Of a stretch of 64,000 nucleotides of DNA, positions 38,846-50,300 are shown piece by piece. The translations under genes were made by a program, and so were the position numbers. The stretch's first letter is position 1, and every line of letters begins with the position of its first letter. The notes under the pieces are model-generated. The model was not told the origin of the DNA, searched no databases, and saw only the letters and a program-made list of their open reading frames with translations. Source of the DNA: Verrucomicrobiales bacterium (GTDB lineage: Bacteria; Verrucomicrobiota; Verrucomicrobiia; Verrucomicrobiales; V1-33); NCBI GenBank assembly GCA_031411295.1, contig JANOAV010000059.1, positions 1-64,000 on the forward strand, written 5' to 3'.

Positions 38846-40798
38846 ATGAATCCCATCAATCGACGCACCGCCATCAAATTTACCGCTGCCGGAGTCAGCG
38901 CTCTCGCGCTCAACCCAGACGCGTCTCCAGCCGCGGACGCCGCACAACCATTTGGCACCGAGTTCCCGGAACTCGACTCCCTAGCCACTGGCGAGTGGTG
39001 GAACCATGCTGCGGCCGCCATCGGCAAGGGCAAAGGCAAAGATCGGGACCAGTCGGTGCCAATGAATGTGCCGCGCGATCAAGTCGTAGCCTTTGCGATC
39101 TACACCCAGCACAACGGCGTGATGAAGATGACGGCTCAACTGTATCCCTTGAAGCCAACCGAAGCTCGCGAAGCACGACTGGAAGTGCAGCGCGAAGGTG
39201 CGTGGGTCGAGATCGCAAAATCTGAAGTCCTCTACCCCGGCTGGGATGCTCATTTCCGCGTGGAGCCATGGGACGCCACGAAAGACGTCGCCTACCGAGT
39301 GCGTCATGGGGAGCAGGCGATGTTCGACGGTGTGATCCGCCGGGACCCGTCGGACAAGGATGAGATCGTCATTGCTAACATGTCCTGCAACTCCAGTCGC
39401 ACTGTGGGCCTGCGGCCTGAGATCATCGATAACCTTAAATTACAAAATCCGGACCTGTTGTTCTTTGCAGGAGATCAAACCTATCGCCACACCGAACACA
39501 CCGCAGGCTGGATCGAATTCGGCCTGCAGTTTCGCGAAATCATGCGCGATCGTCCAACCATCTGCATTCCCGACGATCACGACGTGGGCCACGGAAATCT
39601 CTGGGGAGAAAATGGCAAACGCTCTTTCCTTCCGGGAGATGCCGATGGCGGCTATCGCTATCCCGTCGAGTATGTCAACCAAGTGCAGCGCCAGCAATCG
39701 TGGAATCTGCCAGACCCCGTGGACCCAGCGCCGGTCGAGCGCGGGATCACCGTCTATTTCACGCGCCTAACTATTGGCGGACTCGATTTCGCCATCATCG
39801 AAGACCGTAAATTTAAGAGCGGCCCGGCCGGCAAGATTCCGCAGATGGGGCCGCGTCCAGATCACATCAACGATCCTGCTTATGATCCGAAGACGGTCGA
39901 TTTGCCCGGTCTGCAACTCCTCGGAGAGCGTCAGGAAAAGTATCTTCACACTTGGGGTCAGGACTGGTCAGGCGGGGCGCAAATGAAGTGCGTCCTGTCC
40001 GCCACCGCTTTCTGTGGGGCCGTCCACATGCACGGCAAACGCGATGCTCGACTGCTGGCAGACCTCGATTGCAACGGTTGGCCGCAAACGCCACGCAATC
40101 GCGCCCTCGAAGAAATCCGCCGCGCCTCGGCCGTGCATCTTTGCGGTGATCAGCATCTCGCGGTCGTCGTCAAAAACGGCATCCGCGAGTTTGGTGACGG
40201 CCCCTATACCTTCACCAGTCCCGCCCTCGTCAATACTACTTACGGCCGCTGGTGGCATCCCCTGGATGAAAAGTCCGGTCCCAATCCCGTAGCCGGAAGC
40301 CCACTGCCATGGACCGGAGATTTCCACGATGGCCTCGGCAATAAACTCAGCATGCTGGCCTATGCCAACCCGCCGGACATCACCAACGAGAAGCAGCGGG
40401 CCGACGGTTACGGTCTCGTCCGTTTCCATAAAAAGAAGCGCACCATCACCTTCGAGTGCTGGCCACGCTTCAGCGATGCGAAGCAGGGAGATAAAGCCCA
40501 ATTCCCCGGCTGGCCCATCACCGTTGCCATGGAGGCCAACGACGGACGCAAGGTCGCAGGCTGGCTGCCGGAACTGGTGATCGAAGGAGCAGAGAACCCC
40601 GTCGTGCAAGTCATTGCAGAAGCCACGGGCGATATCCTCTACACCACCCGCATTCAGGGAAATCGCTTCCAACCCAAAGTTTACACCACTGGCAACCACA
40701 CCGTAAAGATCGGACGCGACCAACCTGACGCCCACACGCTCACGAGCCTGAAGCCAAAGCCCAAGTCCGACGCCGGCCACTTGGCCGTGAAGCTCTAA
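38846..40798 (+). CDS. PhoD-like metallophosphatase, Tat-exported
   Basis: NRRTAIK twin-arginine leader; FFAGDQTY, PDDHDVGHGNLWG and CGDQH metal-binding motifs. Confidence 0.8.
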   Translation: MNPINRRTAIKFTAAGVSALALNPDASPAADAAQPFGTEFPELDSLATGEWWNHAAAAIGKGKGKDRDQSVPMNVPRDQVVAFAIYTQHNGVMKMTAQLYPLKPTEAREARLEVQREGAWVEIAKSEVLYPGWDAHFRVEPWDATKDVAYRVRHGEQAMFDGVIRRDPSDKDEIVIANMSCNSSRTVGLRPEIIDNLKLQNPDLLFFAGDQTYRHTEHTAGWIEFGLQFREIMRDRPTICIPDDHDVGHGNLWGENGKRSFLPGDADGGYRYPVEYVNQVQRQQSWNLPDPVDPAPVERGITVYFTRLTIGGLDFAIIEDRKFKSGPAGKIPQMGPRPDHINDPAYDPKTVDLPGLQLLGERQEKYLHTWGQDWSGGAQMKCVLSATAFCGAVHMHGKRDARLLADLDCNGWPQTPRNRALEEIRRASAVHLCGDQHLAVVVKNGIREFGDGPYTFTSPALVNTTYGRWWHPLDEKSGPNPVAGSPLPWTGDFHDGLGNKLSMLAYANPPDITNEKQRADGYGLVRFHKKKRTITFECWPRFSDAKQGDKAQFPGWPITVAMEANDGRKVAGWLPELVIEGAENPVVQVIAEATGDILYTTRIQGNRFQPKVYTTGNHTVKIGRDQPDAHTLTSLKPKPKSDAGHLAVKL

Positions 40799-41336
40799 AA
40801 TTTGGGTTACCCCACCTGGGTCATACTGTGGGCTCGACTCTCAAGATGTGCAGGGTGACATAGTTGTCTCACAACGGATGGCGAAACCCAATGGGGAGGT
40901 CGCGAGGGCCCGCCAACGGCCCGCGGTGTTCGCCTGTCGCGCGAATTATCGATCGCAAGCAGGGCGATGCAACTTTTCTGTTACCATCAATATTGACACT
41001 GCAGCGGACTGCTGTGGTGCGAGTAAGCGAACGTTTCGACACTGTCTTTATTATCACAGTGGAAATATTGCGAGAGCGAGTCGCAGCAGCCATAGGAGGC
41101 CTGTGCCAGCACTGATTGCAGGCACATTGTTTGATTCACTAACTCCTAATCGCAATGTTTAAATCGTCCTTAAGCTGGAAAAAAAGACTACCGAGCGTCT
41201 TATGCCCGAACTGGGCGGCCCTCTATGCACCGTTTGAATTAGCGCAATCCCTAATCGTATGCCGATCGAGATCGGGATGCTCTCTTTCTTCCAATTTCGC
41301 CCCCAACTCAATTTCACACTAACCCACCACCAACCC

Positions 41337-44300
41337 ATGCTTAAAAACCTACTCCAATTGCGTCATTGGATTTCCCGAGAGGCTAGTTCGCTAGTTTCTG
41401 GGGTTCTCAATTGCCTTCCCAAACCACGCGTGGCGGTCGCTTGTGCGGCTGCTCTGACCGCTACCACGGCTTATTCGGCTCCTCCGGTGCCGGTCAGCTA
41501 CTCCATCGCAGGTGCTAATTACACTCAGGACTTTAATACGCTGGTTTATACCAGTGGCACGGCGGTCAATGGTGGAGCCACAGCTACCATTGGAAATGCT
41601 GCAGGAAATCCCACGACGGCTACCGCATTCAATGTCACGGCCTACGGTGCGGATGCTCCGTGGCTGATTTCTGACACCACAATTGGCGCTGGCGGCAAAG
41701 CTTTCGGTTCTGGCTTGGCCGGCTGGTATGGTTCCGGTTCTGTCAAATCTCAGATCGCTGCCAATGAAGGCAGTCAGTCCACGGGCGGTTTAGTCAGCTA
41801 TGGCGGACTCACGAGTTCGAATCGATCGCTGGGGTTGCTTTGTTCAAGCAGTATTGGAAATGCGGTGTTTGGCTTGGCGTTGAAAAACGATACCGGCATC
41901 ACACTGACGCGCATCAACCTGGCCTACACGGCTCAGATGTGGCGCCAGGGGACTTTAAATAAATCTCTGACGTTTGGATACTTAATAGACAACACCGCCG
42001 CTGCCTCTCTTCCCAAGGCTGCGGCCACGGCGGATACCCAAGCCGTCGGCACGACGGCTGTGTCGGCACTGAACGGCACGGGCTTTGCTCTCGCGGGCAC
42101 GACCGTGGCGGTGAATGGAAATTTGCCAGCCAATCAACAGGCGAAAAGTGTGGTTAATCTCACCATTCCTAACTGGGCACCAAACGGAATTCTCTGGCTC
42201 ACTTGGGATATGCTAGTTGGTGGAAACGGCCATGGTCTCTCTATTGACGATCTCACCTTCAGCGCCACGGAAGTTTCCAGTAATGCCAATCTCGCTTCGC
42301 TGGTGCCCAGCAGCGGCACCCTGAGCCCAGCCTTTGATGCGGCCACCACGACTTACACGGCCAACGTTGCCAACTCCGTGACGTCCATCACCATGACGCC
42401 CACCACCGCTAATGCAGGTGCCACCGTGCAAGTCCGCGTGAACGCTGGCAGCTTCGCCACGGTCACCTCCGGCAGCGCCAGCGGTCCTCTGGCGTTGATT
42501 GCAGGCTCGAACACCGTGGATGTCAAAGTCACTGCCCAAGACACCACCACCGTAAAAACTTACACCACCACCGTTACCAGAGCGCTCAGCAGCAATGCAA
42601 ATTTAAACAGCCTCACACTCAGCACAGGAGCCCTAGCCCCGGTCTTTGATTCTGCTACCACGAGTTATACCACCAATGTTGGTAATGCCATTTCCACCCT
42701 AACCGTAACTCCAACCGTGGCCGACAACACCGCCACGGTGCAAGTGCGCGTCAATGGTGGAGCCTATACCACCACCACTTCCGGCAGCCCTACCGCGGCC
42801 TTGAGTTTGAGCGTGGGCGCAAATCCCATCGATATCAAAGTGATCGCTCAAGACGCTAGCGAGAAAGTTTACACCGCCACCATCACCCGCCAAGCCAGCA
42901 GTGACGTGGATCTCGCCAATCTTGTAGTGAGTGCCGGAGCCATTGTCCCAACCTTCGATGCCGGAACTTTGGCGTATAGTCTTGCGGTTCCTAACACCGT
43001 TACCAGCACCACCGTTACCCCTACGTCCACCAGCGGAACTTCGACGATTACCGTTAATGGAAATACTGTTACCTCTGGTTCTGCGAGCGCTCCGATCAGC
43101 CTCAGCATTGGAACCAACACCATTACAGTCGTCGTGACCGCGCAAGACATGATCACTACACGGACGACGAATGTCACGATTGACGTCTTCGTTCCTGCCG
43201 CCATCACCACTCAGCCAGTCAATCAAACGATTGCCACAGGAAACACCGCCACGCTAACCGCAGTGGTCATTGGAACACCGATTCCGACTCTCCAATGGTA
43301 TGAAGGGACTTCCGGGGACACCAGCGCGCCCATCCTTGGCGCTAACTCCAACAGCTACACGACACCTGTCTTGACGGCTTCCACGAACTACTGGCTGCGC
43401 GCCTCCAACGTCGGGGGCAGCGTGGACAGTTCCACTGCCGCCGTAAACGTTACTTTCCCACCAAGCTTCACGACTCAACCTGCTTCGACGACGATCGTGA
43501 CCGGGAACAGCACTACTTTAACGGTTGTCGCTACGGGTAATCCCACTCCCACATTGCAATGGTATCGTGGTGCCAAGGGCGTTACGACCGATCCAGTCGT
43601 TGGCGAAACTTCCTCCTCTTTAAATACCGGCGTTCTCACAACAACGACCCGTTACTGGGCTCAAGCCACCAACAGCCAAGGCACCGCGGACAGCAATGCA
43701 GCTACGGTAAACGTCACCGCGCCTGCGGCCATCGTCACTCAACCAGCGGACACCACCTTCGTAACGGGTGCTCGGGTTGGCCTGCGCGTGGTGGCCTCGG
43801 GCGCTCCAAACCCCACTTTCCAATGGTATGAGGGCCTCACGGGCGACATCACCAAGCCCATCAATCCCAGCGGAACCTCTGCTGTATTAAATACCGTTCC
43901 ACTCACTGCCAGCGCATCCTACTGGGTCCGCGTGACGAACAGCACCGGCACGGTGGACAGTGTGACCGCAACTGTGACCCCGGTTCCCGTGCCTGATTAC
44001 AACAGCACCAGCCGCGATATCACCGTGGCCAACACCGGCACTTGGAATCCTGCTGGCGTTACCGTTGGCACCACGCAATTTGTAAATCTCGGTTTGCAAG
44101 GTGTGGGCCGTTTGCCAGCTACTGCCATTGATCCAGCGACTGGAGAATCCCTCGGCTCCGTTTCTGATATGCAAATCACTGGCTTCGCCAAAAACGCTGA
44201 CGGTAGCTACACAGGCTCGTTGCAGACGTTGCCGGACCGTGGCTACAATGCCGGCACGGTGTTCTCAAACTACGCGGCCCGGATCAATGCGTTCAATTTC

Positions 44301-47300
44301 ACCTTCACCCCCTACACCGCTTCCGCTCCTACGACCGCGCAAAATCAAATCGCGCTGACCTTCGCAGGCTCCACTCGTTTCACCTATGACAACGATGCCA
44401 ACGCAGCTACGCCAGCCGTTTTCACTACAGGCCTGCTTGCTAGTGGTAACACTAGCTTGTTTGGCACGCAGGTTCCAGCCATTGTAGATCCAAGCACACA
44501 GTCTGATGGCACAGTGACTAACCGACTCACCCTCGACTCCGAAGGCCTCGTGTTAGACCGTCGCCCAGGTAAAGCAGGCAGCGGTTGGCTTGGTGATGAA
44601 TACGGCGGCTATATTTACCACTTCAATAGCGCCAAACAAATCGACGGCCAACTCCAACTCCCGCAATCATTGGTGCCACACGCGTTGGTCGATCCGCTCG
44701 ATCCACTAAACACCGCCACTGCCATCAATTTCAAGGCTGATCCACCGCTCAACGGGCGTCGCATCAACCAAGGCATGGAAGGCCTCACGCAAAGCCCAGA
44801 CGGCACCAAGCTCTTCGGCTTGCTCCAAAGCGCTACGATTCAAGACAGCGGCCCGGGCAATCTCGGTCGCGTCAATACCCGCCTCGTGGTTTACAATGTT
44901 GGCAGCTCAGATTTGCCTAACACTCCCGTCGAACAATACGTGATCCAGCTCCCACGTATCGATACGGATGTCGTGGCTGGCGTTGATCGCGTCGGAGCCC
45001 AAAGCTCCATCCTGGCGCTGAACAATCACCAAATCCTGATTCTCTCACGCGATGGCAATGGCCGTGGGTCAGCTGGAAGCCCAGTGTTTAAATCCATTCT
45101 GCTCGCAGAGTTGGATGGCGCGACGAACATCGGTGCCAGCTACGACAACGAAGGGGATAAAATTTCCCCTGCTGGCACGCTCCTCCCAGCGATCACTCCG
45201 GTGAGCTGGAAAGAAGCACTGAACTTGATCGGCAAGCTCGACCTCAACATTTCTGAAGTCGCTAAATTTGGTTTCAACTTCAATGCCGATGCTGCCAGCG
45301 ACATCAATTCCATCTGCGAAAAATGGGAAAGCCTCGCGCTCGTCCCTGCGAATGATCCGGCCAATCCTAACGACTACTTCCTCTTCGTAGGCAACGACAA
45401 CGATTTCCTAACCGGCACGGTCGATCCACTCGACACCGCCCATAAAGGCAAATACCTTGACTCCGCTGGCGTGATCCAATCCTACGGTGTGGGCTTGGAA
45501 AATGACACCATCGTCCTCGCTTACCGCGTCCGCATCATCGCTCCAGAAGTAGGCGCACCAGTCGTCGCCACGACTTTCCAGGAAACAGCAGTGCAATTGA
45601 CCCTGGTGGGGAATTCGGGAGATACCTTCAGTATTATTTCTCCTCCTGCGGCTTCACAGGGCACCCTATCCTCCGTCACTGGTGTTAAAGTGACGTTCAC
45701 GCCTGCGACAACCTTCCTTGGCTCGGTGACGTTCACCTATCAATCGACCGACGGCATTAACAGTCTGCTGCATAACGCCACCGTCACGGTTAATCTTGCG
45801 CCTGATCTGACAGTTTATAATGGAGCTACCGTTGCTTCGCCTGTCATTGCGGACGGCAGCAGCACTCCGGTAAACTTTGCTGAGATCACCTCTGCGGTAA
45901 CTACCGTAAAAACCTTCACGATTCAGAATACGGGTTCGGTGGATATCACTGGCATTGCCGCGAGTATCCTGGGCGATGCCGATTACAGCATCACCACGCC
46001 ACCCGCCGCGAGCCTGATTCCTGGCGCGACCACAACCGTGGTGGTTACGTTCACGCCATCCACTCCAGGCGCGAAGACCGCCACGCTGAATATTGCCAAC
46101 AGCCTGACAAACGCGAAGAATCCATACAGCTTCGATCTCACCGGAACCGCTGTTGAAGCATCCACCTTCCATTTGGACCTGGCCACTGCCACCATTAGCG
46201 AAGACGCAGGAACCGTTCCTGTCACAGTCATTCGCGATGGCAACACCGCCACTCCGGTTTCCGTATTCCTGGCCACGACCAATGGAACGGCCATTTCCGG
46301 AACGGATTACACCGCTGTTAACGAAACGGTGACCTTCACTTCTGGTGAAACCTCCAAAGTAGTCAATGTAGCCCTCACCAACCGTCCCGGTGTCCGTGCT
46401 GATCGCACCTTTACCGCCACCTTGACGGCGGCAGCCGCCGTGGCCGCTGGACATGCATTGGTTTCGCCAACTGTCGAAACGATTACCATCACGGAAAGCG
46501 AGACCGCTCTGGCCTTTGGTGCCGCCACTGCCTCTGTGCGTGAAGACGCTGGCAAAGTTGTCCTCACCGTCAATCGCACTGGGGTCACCTCCAGCGCAGT
46601 GAGTGCTGAAGTGAGCACCACCAATGGCACGGCCATCAGCGGCACGGATTACACGGGTGTTAGCAGCGTGCTTGTGAGCTTTGCCGCCAACCAGACTAGC
46701 AAAACGATCAACGTGCCCGTAATTAATCGTGCGGGCTATCGCCCGAGCCGGACGTTTACCGCCAGCATGGCAAATTTGATTGGTGCTATCACCGCCACTC
46801 CAAGCACCCAGGCCGTTTCGATCACGGAAGCCGATTCCGCGGCCCGCCTCACTGGTCCGTCCTCCAGCGCCACGCCCTACTTGGTTCCGCTGCAAAGCGG
46901 ATACCAAATCACCTCAGTCCTGAGCGTGGGTGATGCCGTTCCGCTAGCTGGTTCCACCACTGGCGAAACCTATCAAATGGTCGGCATTCCCGACGGTTTG
47001 GGAGCCTATGACAACGGAGACGGCACCGTCACGTTGTTAATGCATCATGAACTCGGGAGCACGCTGGGCGCAGTGCGCGCTCATGGTGCCGTGGGAGCCT
47101 TCATTTCGGAATGGATCATCGACAAGTCTACGCTGCAAGTCAGCTCAGGCAGCGACTTAATGAAACAAATCTATGGTTGGAACACTACCACGCAAAGTTC
47201 CAATTCTACCACCTCAACGGTTGCCTTCACGCGCTTCTGTTCGGCTGATTTGCCTGCTCCTACCGCATTGTATAACCCTGGCACTGGTAAGGGTTCGCAA

Positions 47301-50300
47301 GTGCGCATCCTCCTTGGTGGAGAAGAAGGTGGTGCCACTGGCTATGCGGTGGCTCACGTGGCATCCGGTCCTGATAAAGGCAAGAGCTACATTCTTGGTA
47401 AATTCAATCTGGCCACCAACGGCTCCGGCATTAATGCCGTGGGCGCTTGGGAGAACCTCATGGCGAATCCCTTCCCGCAGGATAAAACCATCGTCATGGG
47501 CAACAATGACGGTGGCACGGGCATCATGGCCGGCACTGTGAATGCTTACGTAGGCACCAAAACCCTGACTGGCACCGAGGCGGATAAAGCTGGCCTCACG
47601 AACGGCTTGTTGAAATTTGTCAGTGTGGCCGGAAATCCGCTGGAAATCCCTCCAACCAATGCAACGACGCGGGTGACTAACATCACAAGCGGCACCCGCT
47701 TCAGCCTTAGTAGCGCCAGCGGCACGGTCTTCTCCCGTCCTGAGGACGGAGCTTGGAACCCCGTGAATCCAGCCCAATATTATTTCGTGACGACGGATCG
47801 TCTCGATAACGTCATGGATGGTCTCGGCACCCAAGTGGGCCGCACGCGGCTCTGGCGCTTGACCTTCGACGATATCACCAATCCCGATGCGGGTGGTGTG
47901 ATTGAGAAACTGGTTGAAGGTGGGGCAGGAAACGATGCCATCATGTTTGACAACCTCTGCGTCACAGATGACGGCAAGCTCATGCTGCAGGAAGACGTGG
48001 GAGGTGCTGCTCACAATGGCAAAATCTGGTTCTATGATCCCGCTACGAACAACCTACAGAAGGTGATCGGCCATGACGTAAGCCGCTTCGGAAATGTTGT
48101 CGGTGGAGTGGTAACTCCTGCGACCGCACCATTTAACAACGATGAAGAGTCCTCCGGCATCATCGACATCACCAGCCTGATGGGCGGAAACGCAGCGCTC
48201 GGTGATCGATCCTACTTCACCGTGGATCAAGCCCACTACTCCATTCCTGGAGCCTTGGTAGAAGGTGGACAATTGCTGATGATTCGCCAACTAGCGGCCA
48301 CGCAATTGGCGGGCTCATCCGCGTCGCCTTATGTGCAGCCAGTTGATCCCACGATTCAGACGCGTTCACTGCTAACGGTCGGAGACGCGGTGCCACTAAC
48401 CGGCACTACCACAGGCGAGACCTATCAAATGAGCGGCATCCCCGATGGTCTTGGCGCTTACGACAATGGCAACGGAACCTTTACCCTGCTGATGAATCAC
48501 GAACTGGGTAGCACCGTGGGGGTCACTCGGGCGCATGGAGCCATTGGAGCCTTCATTTCCGAATGGGTGATCGATAAATCAACGCTGGCGGTGCAATCCG
48601 GCAGTGATTTGATCAAGCAAGTCTATGGCTGGAATTCCACTACGCAGGCCTCGGACGCTGCTCCCGGAACCTACGTCTTGAACCGCTTCTGTTCTGCTGA
48701 TCTTCCTCCCACGACGGCGTATTACAACGCTACGTCCGGCCTGGGCACGCAAGATCGTATCTACATGGCTGGGGAGGAAGGTGGCAGCAATGGTTGGGCG
48801 TTTGCCAACGTGGCGAGCGGTCCTGACAAAGGTAAGAGCTACATTCTGGGTAAATTTAACCTCACCACGAATGGTAGCGCAACCTCCGTCATGGCTCCCG
48901 TGCAAGCTACCGTAAGCCTGGCCAGCCTCACCAGTCCATCCGTGACCCTGGCCAGTGTGCCAGTGGCATTGGCTCCTGGCGCGCAAATGCTGGGTGCTAC
49001 CGTGTTGGTCATTAACCCAACCACCAAGGTCGTTACGCTCAGCGGCAACGCGAATGCGGCCATCTCCACTGACACCTTGGTGAGCTACACGCTCTCCGGA
49101 GTTGGTGCCTGGGAGAACCTCCTGGCCAATCCTCATGCACAGGATCTCACGGTGGTTGCAGGCTGCAACGACGGTGGCACTGGTATCATGAACGGAGCCA
49201 TCACCATCTACCAAGGCACCAAGACAAATACTGGCAATGCAGCGGACAAAGCAGGTCTGAACAATGGCAGCCTGAAGTTCGTTAAGGTCACGGGCATTGC
49301 TGCGGAAATCCCCACGGCCAATGCTACGACCCGCAACACGGACATCACCAGTGGCACGCGCTTCACCTTGGAGACCAATGTTTCCACGGCGTTCTCCCGC
49401 CCTGAAGACGGCAGCTGGAACCCGATGAATGATCGCGAGTTCTTCTTCGTCACCACGGACCGCATTGATACTGTGAATGACGGCGTGGGAACGCAAGTTG
49501 GCCGCACTCGTCTGTGGAAGCTGACGTTTGATGACATCACCAACCCCGATCTCGGCGGCACGGTGGATCTTATCCTCACGGGCGGGGTCGGCAACGACGC
49601 GGTCATGTGGGATAATATGACCATCACGACTGACGGCAAATTCCTGCTCCAGGAAGACGTCGGTGGCGCTGCTCGCAATGGCAAGATCTGGTTCTACGAT
49701 CCAACGACAGCGGTGCTGAAGAAGCTCGCGAAACATGATGCGGCTCGCTTTGGCGACATCGTGGGAGGCGTTGTGGTTCCTGCCACGCTGCCCTATAACA
49801 ATGACGAGGAAACTTCCGGCATCATTGAAGTCAGCAGCCTGCTGGGTGCTGCCCCAGGTGAGCGGTTGTATCTCTTTGTAGATCAAGCGCACTACACCAC
49901 TGGCATCGCTCCTAACTTGGTCGAAGGCGGTCAACTACTATTCATGCGTCAACAACCGCTGAACACCGCAGTCGCTCCAGTGGCTACGTTTGCCTCGGCA
50001 GTAACCATCGAAGAAAGCACCACACCAGTGGAAGTGACTTTGAACGCAACAGATGCCAATGGTGATGCCCTCACCTTCAGCATCGTGACGCCTCCAAGCG
50101 CGCTGCAAGGCACCATTGGCCCAGTCGTTGGCAACAAAGTGATGTTTACCCCGACGCCTAATTTCAGTGGCGTGGCGGAATTCACGTTCAAGGCCAACGA
50201 TGGCGCACTGGACAGTAATCTCGGCACTGCCTTCGTGGCTGTGCTGGATATCAATGATACCCCAACGCTGGATGTCATCGCTGATGTGACCGTGCCTAAG

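Noticed and set aside
1..40800. Integron-like cassette array explaining the sulfatase tandem
   Set aside because: There is no integrase and no repeated attC-like site between genes, and many genes overlap directly.
40800..41336. Possible riboswitch (e.g. c-di-GMP-I) in the long leader of the giant gene
   Set aside because: GGCGAAACC...GGTCGCGAG only loosely resembles the consensus and I could not build the paired stems. An Rfam search is needed.
48879..49097. Intein in the second PhoX-like domain
   Set aside because: Too short, and it lacks Cys/Ser-start and His-Asn-end splicing motifs.
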